Virus record (IMG/VR): IMGVR_UViG_3300011116_001253
Span: 3,734 to 67,733 of that record
Reading direction: 5' to 3' (one strand)
Length of the DNA: 64,000 nucleotides
Origin: a virus
Part shown: positions 53,666 through 64,000 of the stretch, in pieces
How positions within the stretch are numbered: position 1 is the stretch's first letter
Layout of the letters: every line of letters starts with the position of its first letter
The notes under the pieces: generated by a model
What the model was told of the DNA's origin: nothing
Seen by the model: only the letters and a program-made list of their open reading frames with translations
Database searches by the model: none
Translations under genes and position numbers: made by a program

Positions 53666-56600
53666 ATGGCAGGAACACAAAATTCGATTAGTTCATTAGT
53701 AGCACAGTTTCTAAGACTTCAAAAGAACTCTTTGGAAATTATGAACGGCCTAAATGAGGTAGCCGTTTCTACTAATGAAACGGTCTCAATTGAAGTTTTA
53801 GATGAACAAGGATTACCTAAAACGGTAAACATACCTTCTTATGGATATATCAGAGGTGAGATCCAGAGAATAGATAACAACATAAAGTCTTTAGCAGGAA
53901 TAGGTGAATCATTCTCAACTGTTAGAAATCCCGATGGAACATATTCTCAGGTTTTTAAATCTGAACCACTAAAGGAACCAAAAAGACTAACAAACTTATC
54001 AGTACCTAGTACTTTTGCTGTTAAGGATAATTGGTTTTTTGAAAGTTTTCTGAGTCCTCTTCTTTATATAAACGTAGATGTAACTGGACAGATACCTGAG
54101 GTTTCTGATCGAATAGTAGTAAAAAGAATCATTGCAAACACCACAACGGATCAACAGAAATTTTACTTCGATCAAAATCTAAAGGGAAGAAATGATTTAT
54201 CTTATAATGAGTTTATAACTATTCTAGAAGATCAAGGTATAAACTATTTTACTGACGAGTCTATCGAGCAACTACCTTTAAGAACAATTAGATATGTTGG
54301 CTCTTTTTCAGTACTTTCATATTATGACGATGTTGTTAATTTAATAGACGCTAACGGTACTCCGTATCAAGAAACAAGAAGAAATTACAAATTAAATACT
54401 CTCAATTACACAGATACTTTGAGTAATGTTGTTGATGGCAGATCACTTTCAGTTGGTGATAAAATATCAACACAGGACGGTTCACAATACCAAGTTACTT
54501 CTGTTGATATCGGCCAGGCTTCTATACAGGCAAAGCTTGTTTCTGGATTTCAGCCTATTCTTCTTGGTGCTAACACCCTTCAAATTTCATCTACAGATTT
54601 TGGACCTAGATATGTCCAGGTTAATGTTGGATTTGATGAGAGACAAGGTGTTTTCTTCAAAGCAATAGATGACAACTTTAACATTGTAGCAGCAGTATGG
54701 TCTACTGGTATAATTTTCTGGAGCAGCGAGCTGAGAACTAAAAATCAAAATGGTGAAGTTGTTACCCTTGAAAATTATTATTTAACAGAAGTTGCAGATT
54801 TAGGAAAAATATTCTTAGGTGCGGCCAAGGAAAAAAAAGTTCCTGCCATAGAAGGAATCAAGCCTGATGCTCCTTTGATAACTCAAGACAGTTTTAAAGT
54901 AGTTCAGGTGAATAAGCAGATAACAGATTCAGTTCCTATTACAGTTATCACTGATAAGCTTGCTGCTAAAACAGCTTTACAGAGTGAAATTCAGTCCTTA
55001 GATAGTGCTATTAATCAATCAAGATTACAGCTTAACACCGGATTGGCTTCAACCAACCAGGGATCTGTTACTTTAACTAACATATCTGATAGTCCTATAC
55101 TGGGTGCAAATTTAACACCAAATTCTTCAGTATCCCAAAGAAATACACCAATTGGAATAAACACAGAATCAGTTAAGGCAAATCTGAATAGTCTGATCGA
55201 TCAAAGAGTTAAGAAAGTTGAACTCTATGGTTCTCTTGTTTCTGAGGTTAAAACTTTAACTCAAGATGTACCACAAATAGTAACACCTCCAAAATATAGA
55301 GTTAGAGGATTTTGGCCTTTCCCTACACCTAAAATTAGTGCAGCTAATGGAGCTCAAGAAGTAATCCAATTTTCGGTTAGATATAGATATTTGAGTGACA
55401 GCGGTGCTGCTCAACCTTCTCAACAGATTGATTTCACAGATAATAACGGAAGCAAAAAAAATGCAGCCTTTTCGAACTGGACCGAATATAAAACTGACAT
55501 AAGAAAAAAAGTTTACGATACTACAACAGGAACTTATATTTGGGCTCCAGAGGATACATCAAATGCAAATGTTCAGAATGTTAATCAATTAGATTTATCG
55601 ATTACAAAAGGAGAAAAATTAGAAATTCAGATAGCAGCAATTTCAGAAGCAGGATGGCCAGAGAATCCGATAACATCAGATTATTCAGATTCTGTTATCG
55701 TAACATTCCCTGATAATCTAAGTGTGAATGGAATTGCCCCAGCTTTACAAACTAATCTAGAAGATTCTGCAGTAGTTAAGGTTCAGAGTAATTTAAATGC
55801 ACAAGGACTTCCAATACATTTATCACAGCAGTTTGTATCTGGTGATAAAACTTATTTTCACGATTCTGTTGGTGTAGCTAGTGGATTCTACACTAACACT
55901 GGAGCGGTTATAAATCTTTTTGATAAACTAACTGACCTTCAGAATCAGATAACACAGCTTAAAGCTCAAATTGAACAAGCAAAAGGTATATTGGAGGTTT
56001 ATATTGTCGATAATAACAATAACAAGATCAAAGTTTCGAGAGGCTCTACCGTTAAACTGAATGCAGGTTTTTTCAATCAGATTTTCACAAATCCTTTGAC
56101 TGCCGATGCCGGAAAAATAGCATCTGTTACATATAGCATTCAATTATATAACCCTAAGGCTTCGCCTGTTGAATTGGCATCTACAGTACCGGGTGGACTT
56201 CAAACTAAAGTCCCATCAGATCTTAGTACAATTAATGGTTATTCGACTAATTTAAGATATGGCGATGGACCTATCTCATTGACATCGGTTGTATCTACAG
56301 ACGTTACAACATCAACTGATTTTATACAAGCACCACCTTATGCTTCGTGTTCTGCATTTTCTCAGTTCGTATATCCAAGATACAGAAATGTTGGATTTAA
56401 TCAGGTCCTGTATAACAATAATCAGAATGATCTATCTCAATATTTTACAAATTCATATAGTAACTCTTATACTTATAATGGTCAATCTTCTACACAACAG
56501 GTTAACTTTGGTGTTGCTGGAATATACCCTCAAAATGGACAAATATTTACACCGTATGATCCAACCTTGTATGCAGATTACCTAACAGTAACAGGAGGAA

Positions 56601-57310
56601 CAGCAGCTGCAGTGTGGAACGGTACATTTGCAGCAGTAACTGGAGGTACAGCAAACGGAAGTGGATATTTATCTGAATTCTGTATACACACATCCCATCC
56701 TTATTTGACTTCTATCGGATCAACATATTCATACACGAATTATGCAAACCTTGTAAAGCCTTTTAATGCAAGTAGTGTGTCTTATGCTCCATTCAGACAC
56801 ACCCAAACTTTCTGGGGTGACACAAGTCTATCTGTTTATTGGGTTCAACAATCTTTTAGAAGCGTAACTCAAACTTTCCCTACTGGAGCAACTGCTTCTA
56901 GAAATGATAGAATGTATCCTGATAAATTAGGATTTTCTTCTAATGATGAATACCTAATCGGTAAATTTTCATGTGGAGCTTATCTATATCTTGGACCTGT
57001 TACTTTGAACGCAGTACAAGTCCCAGGAACAACATCCATGAGCATTAAATATCTGGGAGATGGAGATCAAAATGCAATTAATGTTCCATTGATATTCCAA
57101 TTTAGGCCTGTTGATAAACTAGGTTATATTGGGGGATGGAGAAAATCAGGCAATCTATCTAATATAACTTACACTAAGAAGATGGGTATAGATATTCAGG
57201 TTAAGGGCGAGGATATATTTTCTTTTGATGTTCAAGTAACAGGATCTTACCAAAATGATACTTTGGTTGCACCTAATTTCGATAGTGGAGTTAAATCTCT
57301 TAATTTTTAA
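53666..57310 (+). CDS. Large virion structural protein with coiled-coil and FN3-like segments
   Basis: 1214-aa ORF containing KYRVRGFW, IQFSVRYRY and AISEAGWPENP..SDYS. Confidence 0.5.
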   Translation: MAGTQNSISSLVAQFLRLQKNSLEIMNGLNEVAVSTNETVSIEVLDEQGLPKTVNIPSYGYIRGEIQRIDNNIKSLAGIGESFSTVRNPDGTYSQVFKSEPLKEPKRLTNLSVPSTFAVKDNWFFESFLSPLLYINVDVTGQIPEVSDRIVVKRIIANTTTDQQKFYFDQNLKGRNDLSYNEFITILEDQGINYFTDESIEQLPLRTIRYVGSFSVLSYYDDVVNLIDANGTPYQETRRNYKLNTLNYTDTLSNVVDGRSLSVGDKISTQDGSQYQVTSVDIGQASIQAKLVSGFQPILLGANTLQISSTDFGPRYVQVNVGFDERQGVFFKAIDDNFNIVAAVWSTGIIFWSSELRTKNQNGEVVTLENYYLTEVADLGKIFLGAAKEKKVPAIEGIKPDAPLITQDSFKVVQVNKQITDSVPITVITDKLAAKTALQSEIQSLDSAINQSRLQLNTGLASTNQGSVTLTNISDSPILGANLTPNSSVSQRNTPIGINTESVKANLNSLIDQRVKKVELYGSLVSEVKTLTQDVPQIVTPPKYRVRGFWPFPTPKISAANGAQEVIQFSVRYRYLSDSGAAQPSQQIDFTDNNGSKKNAAFSNWTEYKTDIRKKVYDTTTGTYIWAPEDTSNANVQNVNQLDLSITKGEKLEIQIAAISEAGWPENPITSDYSDSVIVTFPDNLSVNGIAPALQTNLEDSAVVKVQSNLNAQGLPIHLSQQFVSGDKTYFHDSVGVASGFYTNTGAVINLFDKLTDLQNQITQLKAQIEQAKGILEVYIVDNNNNKIKVSRGSTVKLNAGFFNQIFTNPLTADAGKIASVTYSIQLYNPKASPVELASTVPGGLQTKVPSDLSTINGYSTNLRYGDGPISLTSVVSTDVTTSTDFIQAPPYASCSAFSQFVYPRYRNVGFNQVLYNNNQNDLSQYFTNSYSNSYTYNGQSSTQQVNFGVAGIYPQNGQIFTPYDPTLYADYLTVTGGTAAAVWNGTFAAVTGGTANGSGYLSEFCIHTSHPYLTSIGSTYSYTNYANLVKPFNASSVSYAPFRHTQTFWGDTSLSVYWVQQSFRSVTQTFPTGATASRNDRMYPDKLGFSSNDEYLIGKFSCGAYLYLGPVTLNAVQVPGTTSMSIKYLGDGDQNAINVPLIFQFRPVDKLGYIGGWRKSGNLSNITYTKKMGIDIQVKGEDIFSFDVQVTGSYQNDTLVAPNFDSGVKSLNF

Positions 57311-57335
57311 TAAAATAAAATCTGGATCTTAATAT

Positions 57336-60300
57336 ATGTCTCAATCTAAGCTTTTTGATTATAATTCTTCCTTTGCTGTAACAAGAACGAATCCTAAGCT
57401 TGCCGGAAATTTCAAAATAACGGTGGATTCTTCCGGTGGGGTTTGGCTTAATTCTCAGAATGTTAATCAAATACTGTCTCAAGATAAGTATAAAAAATTT
57501 AACATATCTGGTGACAATACCTACGCTTCCGATATTAACAAATTTTTCGATGACGGAAAACTCTCCTCTGACATCATATTCCAAGTTGGTAAATTTACTA
57601 ATGGTGAAAATCAATCCGCTCATCAATTCTCTGAACAGTATGATTTCTTCTATGCTAGTGGAGCTCAAGCTCTTATAGATAAAAATTACGGCGAGGATTT
57701 TAGCTATTTTGCTCCTCTCTGGGTCAAAAATGAGATACCCGATTTTTTTGTAATCTTTAAAGTATCGGATCCTCTTGACTACCCTTATTCAAAGAATGTC
57801 ACAAACATTCAAGATAACTTGAATTATATCGTTATTCAGGACAATACGTCAGCAGAGAACTTCCAAATATCTTATGGTAAAGATTCTGCTGGAAATGATT
57901 TATATTTCAGTAGCGGTCAAGTTTTCAAAGGAAAACTTAATGTCCCGAGCTATCAAATAGTTAGTGGAAACGGGAAGGTTGCAGTTTATGATGAACTTTA
58001 TTATTTACCAGAGGTACAAGATGTAAGATCAACCTTCAATGATAAAATCTTAAATAAAGCAACAGCAATAAAAACCTTTGATTTAAGAGAGAATACCAAA
58101 ATTGGAAAATACATAAGATCAATTTTCAATAATCCTGGTTTTTCAAAATCCCCTTTAGAGGTAAATTGGGGTTATGACTCGTATAGTTACTTTAAAGGTG
58201 CAAGTATCACTGAAGGCGTTTATACTAAAAAAGGTGAGCTCTTAAATGACTATTTTTCAACTTCCGCTTCAGATGGCATGATTGATCTCGAAGATTATCT
58301 CACCTCCGGATTTTCAAGAAATGGTATTATTTGTCCAAATCTTTTGAATCTAGAATTCTTATTTAATGACGATGAATCAGATCTCTATACTATAAACAGA
58401 TATCTAGGATTCTATGTCTCTAGAAATGATGTTGCTCAGTTCCGAATGAATGGTCAATTTTTCTATGAATTTAGAAATCTTGAAGGCAATGAGAATTTAC
58501 CCAAGCCAACAAGAAATGATTTTGGGTATTATTACAATAACTACACTAGCATTATTGGTGCAACTTCGGGTATTAGATTATTTTATGAAAACGCTTCTGG
58601 TTTTTTACCTGGCTCGGACAGCGTAAATATTTTAGATCATGAAAAACTATTTTACGTCACAGATAAAAATGACAATTTTTATAGTTTAAAAAGATCTGAA
58701 GATTATGTAGCTGCCGGTGTAACTGGTCCTCAGTATTCTTATGGACCTTATAATTATAGCACTGAAAAATTTTCGGCAACAGGATCTACTGGTGCTACTG
58801 CTGGATCTTTAGTGATACAGAACACACAAATTGATATTGATTCTTTTACAGGTACTGAACAAAAAATTGCAACTGTACCCGGAAAAAGATCAAATTCTGC
58901 AGGACGAGGTTATATCGACATTAAATTTTTAAACACTTATAATCAAGCTCAACCATTAACTTTAAAATTGTATTGGCCTAATGGATCTCAGAAAGAAGGA
59001 TCTAGAAATTACGATATAATTAAAAGTGGTGACTTTTCATCTATTTTAATTTGGACTGCAGGATCATATTATTCCACTGGTAATTCCTACTATTTTAATG
59101 CTTCTACAGGATCTACATCGGATATTGCTAGCGCTTTGGCTTCTGTGATCAAAGATCTAGATCAAATAACGATAAATAGTGGACAGAATGAAGGATCCTC
59201 AATTATCTGTGTAAAAAACGCAGGAGAATTTTCAAATTCAGCTTATTCACTTTCTATCTTTGATAATTATGATCTTTTCCAATCAGGTTATAAAGGAATT
59301 TGGAATAATACATCTACGTATTCGATAGGTGACATAGTGAGTTATATGGGATACTACTATGAAGCACAATCATCTATTATTCCTCCAACTGGGGGAATGA
59401 CGACTTCTCCTGATAATGATTCTTCTTGGTCCTTTTATTATACTTTTTCCACCCCAGGATTGATTGAAATAAATGATATTGATGCCTCTCTTTTAAACGA
59501 AAATGTTAATTTTGTTGGTGGTACAAAGACAAGTAATACTAGAATTGTGTTTTCGGCAGAAAGAAAGGATCAGGTACAAATTGGAAATTACATAAAAACT
59601 GAACAAGGGTATTCTAGAATAAATAGTGTTACTAGATATGTCGATGATCCTAAGTTAGATGCTAATAATCAGGTAATAGGTTTTAATAATTTCAGCTATT
59701 TACTAGTTGCAAACGTTGATGAAAATAATAGTATTATTGCATTAGGTTCAGATCAATCTTTCAATGTCTATAAGTACGCACAATCTTCTTTAGGAGTTTT
59801 TACTTTCTTTGATGTTAAAGAATTTGATTTTGATTTTTGGAGCTCAAATTATAATTATACACCCAATCCTGAAACTTATAAATATTTCCAAATCCAAGCT
59901 AACACTGAAGGCGTAATAGAACCTAACATTCCTTACTTTGTAGGTAGAGGCCAAATCAATTATGCTGGAAATATTTACAACCAGGGAAATTTGTTTTTCG
60001 GAGCCACCGGATACACTGCATTCACAATATCAGATCCAAGTCTCAATACACCTTTTGACCGGATTTTACAATCAGAATCGAATTTTGTAACTTCACAACA
60101 AGCTTCAGTGTCAGCAAACGTTGTTGTTTTTCCAGCACAGTATTCTAATGTGACTTATAATCAAAGTACTAATTCATATGAAAATATCGGATACCAATCA
60201 GATCTAGAGGCATTTAATGGATTTATAGGAATCCAAGGAATATTATTGGATCCTCCGAATTCTAATCCGACAAAAGAGGAAGTTTTTTCTTATGGTAAAT

Positions 60301-62879
60301 TGAAGACTGAATATGAGTATTTGAAAGAAAATTACACGGTTCAAAGATCTAATATATCGCGAATAGTACCATATATTAATAAATGGACTTCTTCTTTAGG
60401 TACAGATTCTCGTGGAAATAGATACAGATTAAACATAAGTCCTGCTTTTTCTCCAACGAACTTTTCTCCTAGTTTCGAGAAAATATTACCCGATCCAAAA
60501 TATCTAACTCATGAATGGTTTCTTTTAGAGAATCCACCTAGATATTTTCCTGTTGATTTCATGAATGAGCAAAACAGCTATCTTCCTGGTCCTATAGATT
60601 TAGATAAGGCTAGAAGTGTTTTACCAGAGGATAATCTTTATCTCTCTTCATATTTCACAGTCGAGCCTGTAGACTATGATGCAGAATATAGAGATCTTAG
60701 TAATTATACCAAAGAACTTTTCACTAACTTTGAATTCAATCAAGCTTCAGGATACTATGAGACCATTTTTAGAGGATGTAAAATAGTTCTTAAGAAAAGA
60801 TCTGACGTTGATCCTCAAGGACTAGATGAATCAGATAGATATGTAAGATATTCCAGAGGTTATGAGGATTATAAATTCTCTGCTCTATTGAGATCCGTTA
60901 AAGAAGACGATACTATAATACAGTCTCCTGTAAAATATCAGGTTATAGAAAACACTGAACAAAAATTCATACTTTTTGTCTGTGATATTGTGATTAGAGA
61001 ACAAAGAGCATTTGATCTTGGAGTTACTGGTGCAACCGGTATAACTGGACCTAATCCAACTATAGATTATACTTTTCTTTACTCTGTTAATTCTAAGACC
61101 AAAGCAATCAATCCACCAGAAAGTGGAAAAAAATTCACTTCAATCGATGATATAAAACTAAGCTGCTCGTTGGACCTTTCCTTAGGATCTTTTAGTTTCG
61201 TAAACGGTAATAGCAGTCCTGGCTTAATAAACATATCTAGAAATCCTGAATATGATACTGATCTAAGAGAAGAGATTCATGTTTTTTACGTTGAAAATTC
61301 TTCAGGAACAACTGGTCCTAGTCCAACAGGAAAGGCTAGTTTTACTGTTCCTTCAATATCCTGTAATTACCCTTGGCCAACTGGTGTAGGTCCAAGCTAT
61401 GTTGAATTTGGAAAAGTTTCAACTGGATCGAATTACACTTTCTCTATACCTTTTTCTTTAGTGACACCAAATATAGTACCAGTCGGACCTTCTTCTGTTT
61501 ATAAAAATAAACCAGTTTTTCAAAAAGAAGGTGGGGATTCTTATTATAAGTCAATTATGGGAAGAATCTCTGTCGGTTATATTTCAGAAAAATTCAATCT
61601 AAGTTCACCTTATATTTCTTACAAAACTTATGATTTGAGTGAATCGGGTCAGGAAATAATAACGGTTAATGATTTTGAATTGTATTTTGAAAAGCCAACA
61701 AAGATTACAAAAATTACCGGCAGTACACCAGTTGTTTCTTTCAATGGACCACAAAGTCTAACTGGCGCAAGAAACGTCACCGGCTATCAGATTATTCAAA
61801 ATAATAGAGCTATACCTTCTATTATGATAAGATATTCTGGAAGCTATGAGCCTTTGACAAGAAAAATAATTCACTTCGATAGGGATAAAACTGACACCTT
61901 AATAGGATCTGGTGATATAGATCTTTCATTCAGAAACTGTAATTTTGCTCCCGATAAAAAATATTTTGGAATTTCTAGAAACTTGAATTACACCAAGGTT
62001 TCACTCGGAAGAAATATTCTCTCAACAGCAAGTCAGTTTCCAGAAGGAGCTAGATATCCATATGTTGGAATAACACCTATAGATTTTAAGGATTTTAATA
62101 TGTTTTCATCTTCTTGGGATCCAGGTTATTATGATCGATATGATAGCACTATTAGAAAGAAAAAAGTTGCTGGAACAAGAGCTATGAAAGAGTATAAAAC
62201 TTTCTTTGGTTCGAAGGTTATGCAAACTCCCGACCCTGTTGCTATCAAAAATTATATAACTCTTCAGATATCAAGAACAACAGGTGAAACCCAGGTTGGT
62301 TTACTAAATTCTCAGATTTTAAACTCTGTCAAAACAATACAGGAGATAGATCAAACAAATTCAGGTACTGGTATTGGATCATTTGGACCTTATTTATCTG
62401 GTGTAGATTTTAGTAAACTGGATCAAAACATCTTTCCGAATGTTGAAATTTTCTGGCAATGGTTTCCAAATGAGAATAAGATAAAAGGCGTCATCAGACT
62501 TGATAGAATGCTAAGAAGATTCTTATTGAATAGTGGAATAAAACAAGTGTTTATCGATAATATGATAGCACAATTTGGAGTAGGTGATCCTAATTCTATA
62601 AACGATGACGTAAATGAATATATCGATCTCAATGTTAGTCCAATATATCAGGGTGAGGTGTTTAATTTATTCGTTAAAAAGACAGCTAATTCTTCTATAC
62701 CAACAGCTGAAATAGTAAGAGGTGACATCGCTCCTGTTGATAGATATAAAATGGGATATTTCGGAGATGAAAATTATAAACTTACTAAGCAAAGTAATCT
62801 TATTTATGAGTTCGAATATTCAACAGAGGTGAATTTTTATTACTCTATATTATTTAACTTCAGTATAACTAAAATTTAA
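57336..62879 (+). CDS. Very large virion structural protein with a CBM5/12-like carbohydrate-binding module
   Basis: 1847-aa ORF. WNNTSTYSIGDIVSYMGYYYEA...P....W at about 59295-59430. Confidence 0.55.
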   Translation: MSQSKLFDYNSSFAVTRTNPKLAGNFKITVDSSGGVWLNSQNVNQILSQDKYKKFNISGDNTYASDINKFFDDGKLSSDIIFQVGKFTNGENQSAHQFSEQYDFFYASGAQALIDKNYGEDFSYFAPLWVKNEIPDFFVIFKVSDPLDYPYSKNVTNIQDNLNYIVIQDNTSAENFQISYGKDSAGNDLYFSSGQVFKGKLNVPSYQIVSGNGKVAVYDELYYLPEVQDVRSTFNDKILNKATAIKTFDLRENTKIGKYIRSIFNNPGFSKSPLEVNWGYDSYSYFKGASITEGVYTKKGELLNDYFSTSASDGMIDLEDYLTSGFSRNGIICPNLLNLEFLFNDDESDLYTINRYLGFYVSRNDVAQFRMNGQFFYEFRNLEGNENLPKPTRNDFGYYYNNYTSIIGATSGIRLFYENASGFLPGSDSVNILDHEKLFYVTDKNDNFYSLKRSEDYVAAGVTGPQYSYGPYNYSTEKFSATGSTGATAGSLVIQNTQIDIDSFTGTEQKIATVPGKRSNSAGRGYIDIKFLNTYNQAQPLTLKLYWPNGSQKEGSRNYDIIKSGDFSSILIWTAGSYYSTGNSYYFNASTGSTSDIASALASVIKDLDQITINSGQNEGSSIICVKNAGEFSNSAYSLSIFDNYDLFQSGYKGIWNNTSTYSIGDIVSYMGYYYEAQSSIIPPTGGMTTSPDNDSSWSFYYTFSTPGLIEINDIDASLLNENVNFVGGTKTSNTRIVFSAERKDQVQIGNYIKTEQGYSRINSVTRYVDDPKLDANNQVIGFNNFSYLLVANVDENNSIIALGSDQSFNVYKYAQSSLGVFTFFDVKEFDFDFWSSNYNYTPNPETYKYFQIQANTEGVIEPNIPYFVGRGQINYAGNIYNQGNLFFGATGYTAFTISDPSLNTPFDRILQSESNFVTSQQASVSANVVVFPAQYSNVTYNQSTNSYENIGYQSDLEAFNGFIGIQGILLDPPNSNPTKEEVFSYGKLKTEYEYLKENYTVQRSNISRIVPYINKWTSSLGTDSRGNRYRLNISPAFSPTNFSPSFEKILPDPKYLTHEWFLLENPPRYFPVDFMNEQNSYLPGPIDLDKARSVLPEDNLYLSSYFTVEPVDYDAEYRDLSNYTKELFTNFEFNQASGYYETIFRGCKIVLKKRSDVDPQGLDESDRYVRYSRGYEDYKFSALLRSVKEDDTIIQSPVKYQVIENTEQKFILFVCDIVIREQRAFDLGVTGATGITGPNPTIDYTFLYSVNSKTKAINPPESGKKFTSIDDIKLSCSLDLSLGSFSFVNGNSSPGLINISRNPEYDTDLREEIHVFYVENSSGTTGPSPTGKASFTVPSISCNYPWPTGVGPSYVEFGKVSTGSNYTFSIPFSLVTPNIVPVGPSSVYKNKPVFQKEGGDSYYKSIMGRISVGYISEKFNLSSPYISYKTYDLSESGQEIITVNDFELYFEKPTKITKITGSTPVVSFNGPQSLTGARNVTGYQIIQNNRAIPSIMIRYSGSYEPLTRKIIHFDRDKTDTLIGSGDIDLSFRNCNFAPDKKYFGISRNLNYTKVSLGRNILSTASQFPEGARYPYVGITPIDFKDFNMFSSSWDPGYYDRYDSTIRKKKVAGTRAMKEYKTFFGSKVMQTPDPVAIKNYITLQISRTTGETQVGLLNSQILNSVKTIQEIDQTNSGTGIGSFGPYLSGVDFSKLDQNIFPNVEIFWQWFPNENKIKGVIRLDRMLRRFLLNSGIKQVFIDNMIAQFGVGDPNSINDDVNEYIDLNVSPIYQGEVFNLFVKKTANSSIPTAEIVRGDIAPVDRYKMGYFGDENYKLTKQSNLIYEFEYSTEVNFYYSILFNFSITKI

Positions 62880-62882
62880 AAA

Positions 62883-64000
62883 ATGCCAAGTACTAACATA
62901 CAAACCGTATTATACTCGGATAATTCCGATCAGATAATTAACAAGCTCAATAATAACTTTGATGAGATTGTTGAATTACATGGCGGTACCCTGGGTATAA
63001 CTGGTCCTACGGGAAGCCAAGGTCCTCTTGGTTCAAATGGTGCTTTTGGTCCAATAGGATTATCTGGTCCAAGAGGAACTAGATGGTTTATATCTACCGT
63101 TGAACCTGCCGGATCTTCACAACAGGGTGACTATTGGATTGACTCTAATTCAACACAGGTATTTGAACTTGCTTCAACAGGTTGGACTTACACCGGTTAT
63201 AATATAAATGTTTCTGGAACATTATTCAGATCCTTGGCTACCAAACTCATTCCAACCTCTGGCTATGCGGGTGGGACCGGAATAGCAGTTGGTATTAATC
63301 AAATACTTCCTGAAAATTACCTCTATACTCTAAGTGACGTTACACCTGAATTTGGTATTACTAATGAGACTTTATCTAAATTTCTAATAGCAACAGATTC
63401 TACCCAGAATGATGCTCCACTTTTGGAGTTTTCTAAAAGTAATATTGAAACAGGTCAAATATCTGATTATTCAAAACATCCGGTATTTTCTTGGACTACA
63501 GTCAATCCAAGTGATAATTCTCTACAACTTATTGTTCCCGGTGGAATTTTTTCAGTGGGTTTATCAGGAGGTCTAAAAGGACAAGTTGATAGTTTCAATT
63601 TGGGATCAGAAGGATCTGTTAACATAGATTACGGAACAAATTCATCAGGAGGAATCTATTCAACCGGTGGATTTTTACTAGATGCCTCTTCTGGCCAATT
63701 TAACATAACCAGTCAATTTTTAAGAATTTCTGGAGGATCTGGTGAATTTAGAAATCCTGTCTCATTAAATGCAACTTTAGGTGAAGGCAATGCTTCAACT
63801 TTTATAACTGTGGGAGGAACATCCGGTCTTGTAAGCACGAGGACAGGTGACACCCACTCAACACTTTCTCATACTGTTTATCACGTTTCGTTGGAAACAT
63901 CAACAGAGACACAGTTTTCTCTAAACACAACGGGTAAGTTAACAACTAAAAAAACAATAGAAGGTATTCCTTATCCTTCACAAATCCCAGGTGCTACTGG
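62883..64000 (+). CDS. Collagen-repeat tail fibre protein (3' truncated by window edge)
   Basis: Hand translation: MPSTNIQTVLYSDNSDQIINKLNNNFDEIVELHGG-TLGITGPTGSQGPLGSNGAFGPIGLSGPRGTRWF...GDYWID. Gly-X-Y triplets. Confidence 0.7.
   Translation, partial: MPSTNIQTVLYSDNSDQIINKLNNNFDEIVELHGGTLGITGPTGSQGPLGSNGAFGPIGLSGPRGTRWFISTVEPAGSSQQGDYWIDSNSTQVFELASTGWTYTGYNINVSGTLFRSLATKLIPTSGYAGGTGIAVGINQILPENYLYTLSDVTPEFGITNETLSKFLIATDSTQNDAPLLEFSKSNIETGQISDYSKHPVFSWTTVNPSDNSLQLIVPGGIFSVGLSGGLKGQVDSFNLGSEGSVNIDYGTNSSGGIYSTGGFLLDASSGQFNITSQFLRISGGSGEFRNPVSLNATLGEGNASTFITVGGTSGLVSTRTGDTHSTLSHTVYHVSLETSTETQFSLNTTGKLTTKKTIEGIPYPSQIPGAT

Noticed and set aside
6486-62632. Numerous short antisense or alternate-frame ORFs in the track (e.g. 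12457-12993, 35468-35791, 57300-57668)
   Set aside because: They lie wholly over well-supported genes, have Phe/Ser/Leu-rich shadow composition and lack their own expression signals.
1-64000. Genome-wide stop-codon reassignment (TAG to Gln, code 15)
   Set aside because: Only one gene-internal TAG was found. Very long structural ORFs are intact in code 11, and TAG appears to end genes normally at 2522, 4690 and phoH.
1-64000. tRNA, rRNA, integrase or transposase genes
   Set aside because: Intergenic spaces are short and explained by promoters and terminators. No such motifs were recognised by eye, though a tRNAscan/Infernal run would be needed to be certain.

Overview
This is a 64 kb, AT-rich, densely coding segment of a large T4-like (jumbo-type) tailed phage genome, almost entirely on the + strand. 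From left to right it carries: DNA-metabolism genes (partial guanylate kinase, RNase H/5'-3' exonuclease, gp62-like clamp loader subunit, an apparently inactivated UvsE, a PolB-type 3'-5' exonuclease); a head module (prohead protease-scaffold fusion, gp23-like major capsid protein and many putative internal proteins); a dNMP kinase plus asparagine-synthetase-like pair; a NUDIX hydrolase; and a long baseplate/neck/tail-fibre module with ribosomal protein S1, an amidoligase-like gene and phoH embedded in it. Promoter and translation-initiation signatures suggest a Bacteroidota host (inference). The most notable observations are: (1) a dispersed G-x-T-[GAS] motif concentrated in predicted outer virion proteins, a candidate modification sequon; (2) a T4-like capsid-targeting N-terminal motif on about ten proteins, including a nucleotidyltransferase; (3) a GATA(T/A)ATA late-promoter box, often inside hairpins that abut start codons and also inside the protease gene ahead of a nested scaffold start; (4) a translationally coupled S1 plus amidoligase pair; (5) a kinase plus AsnB pair that may make a modified nucleotide; and (6) a single in-frame TAG splitting the gp6-like baseplate gene. 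All family calls come from motif recognition by eye. No database searches were run.
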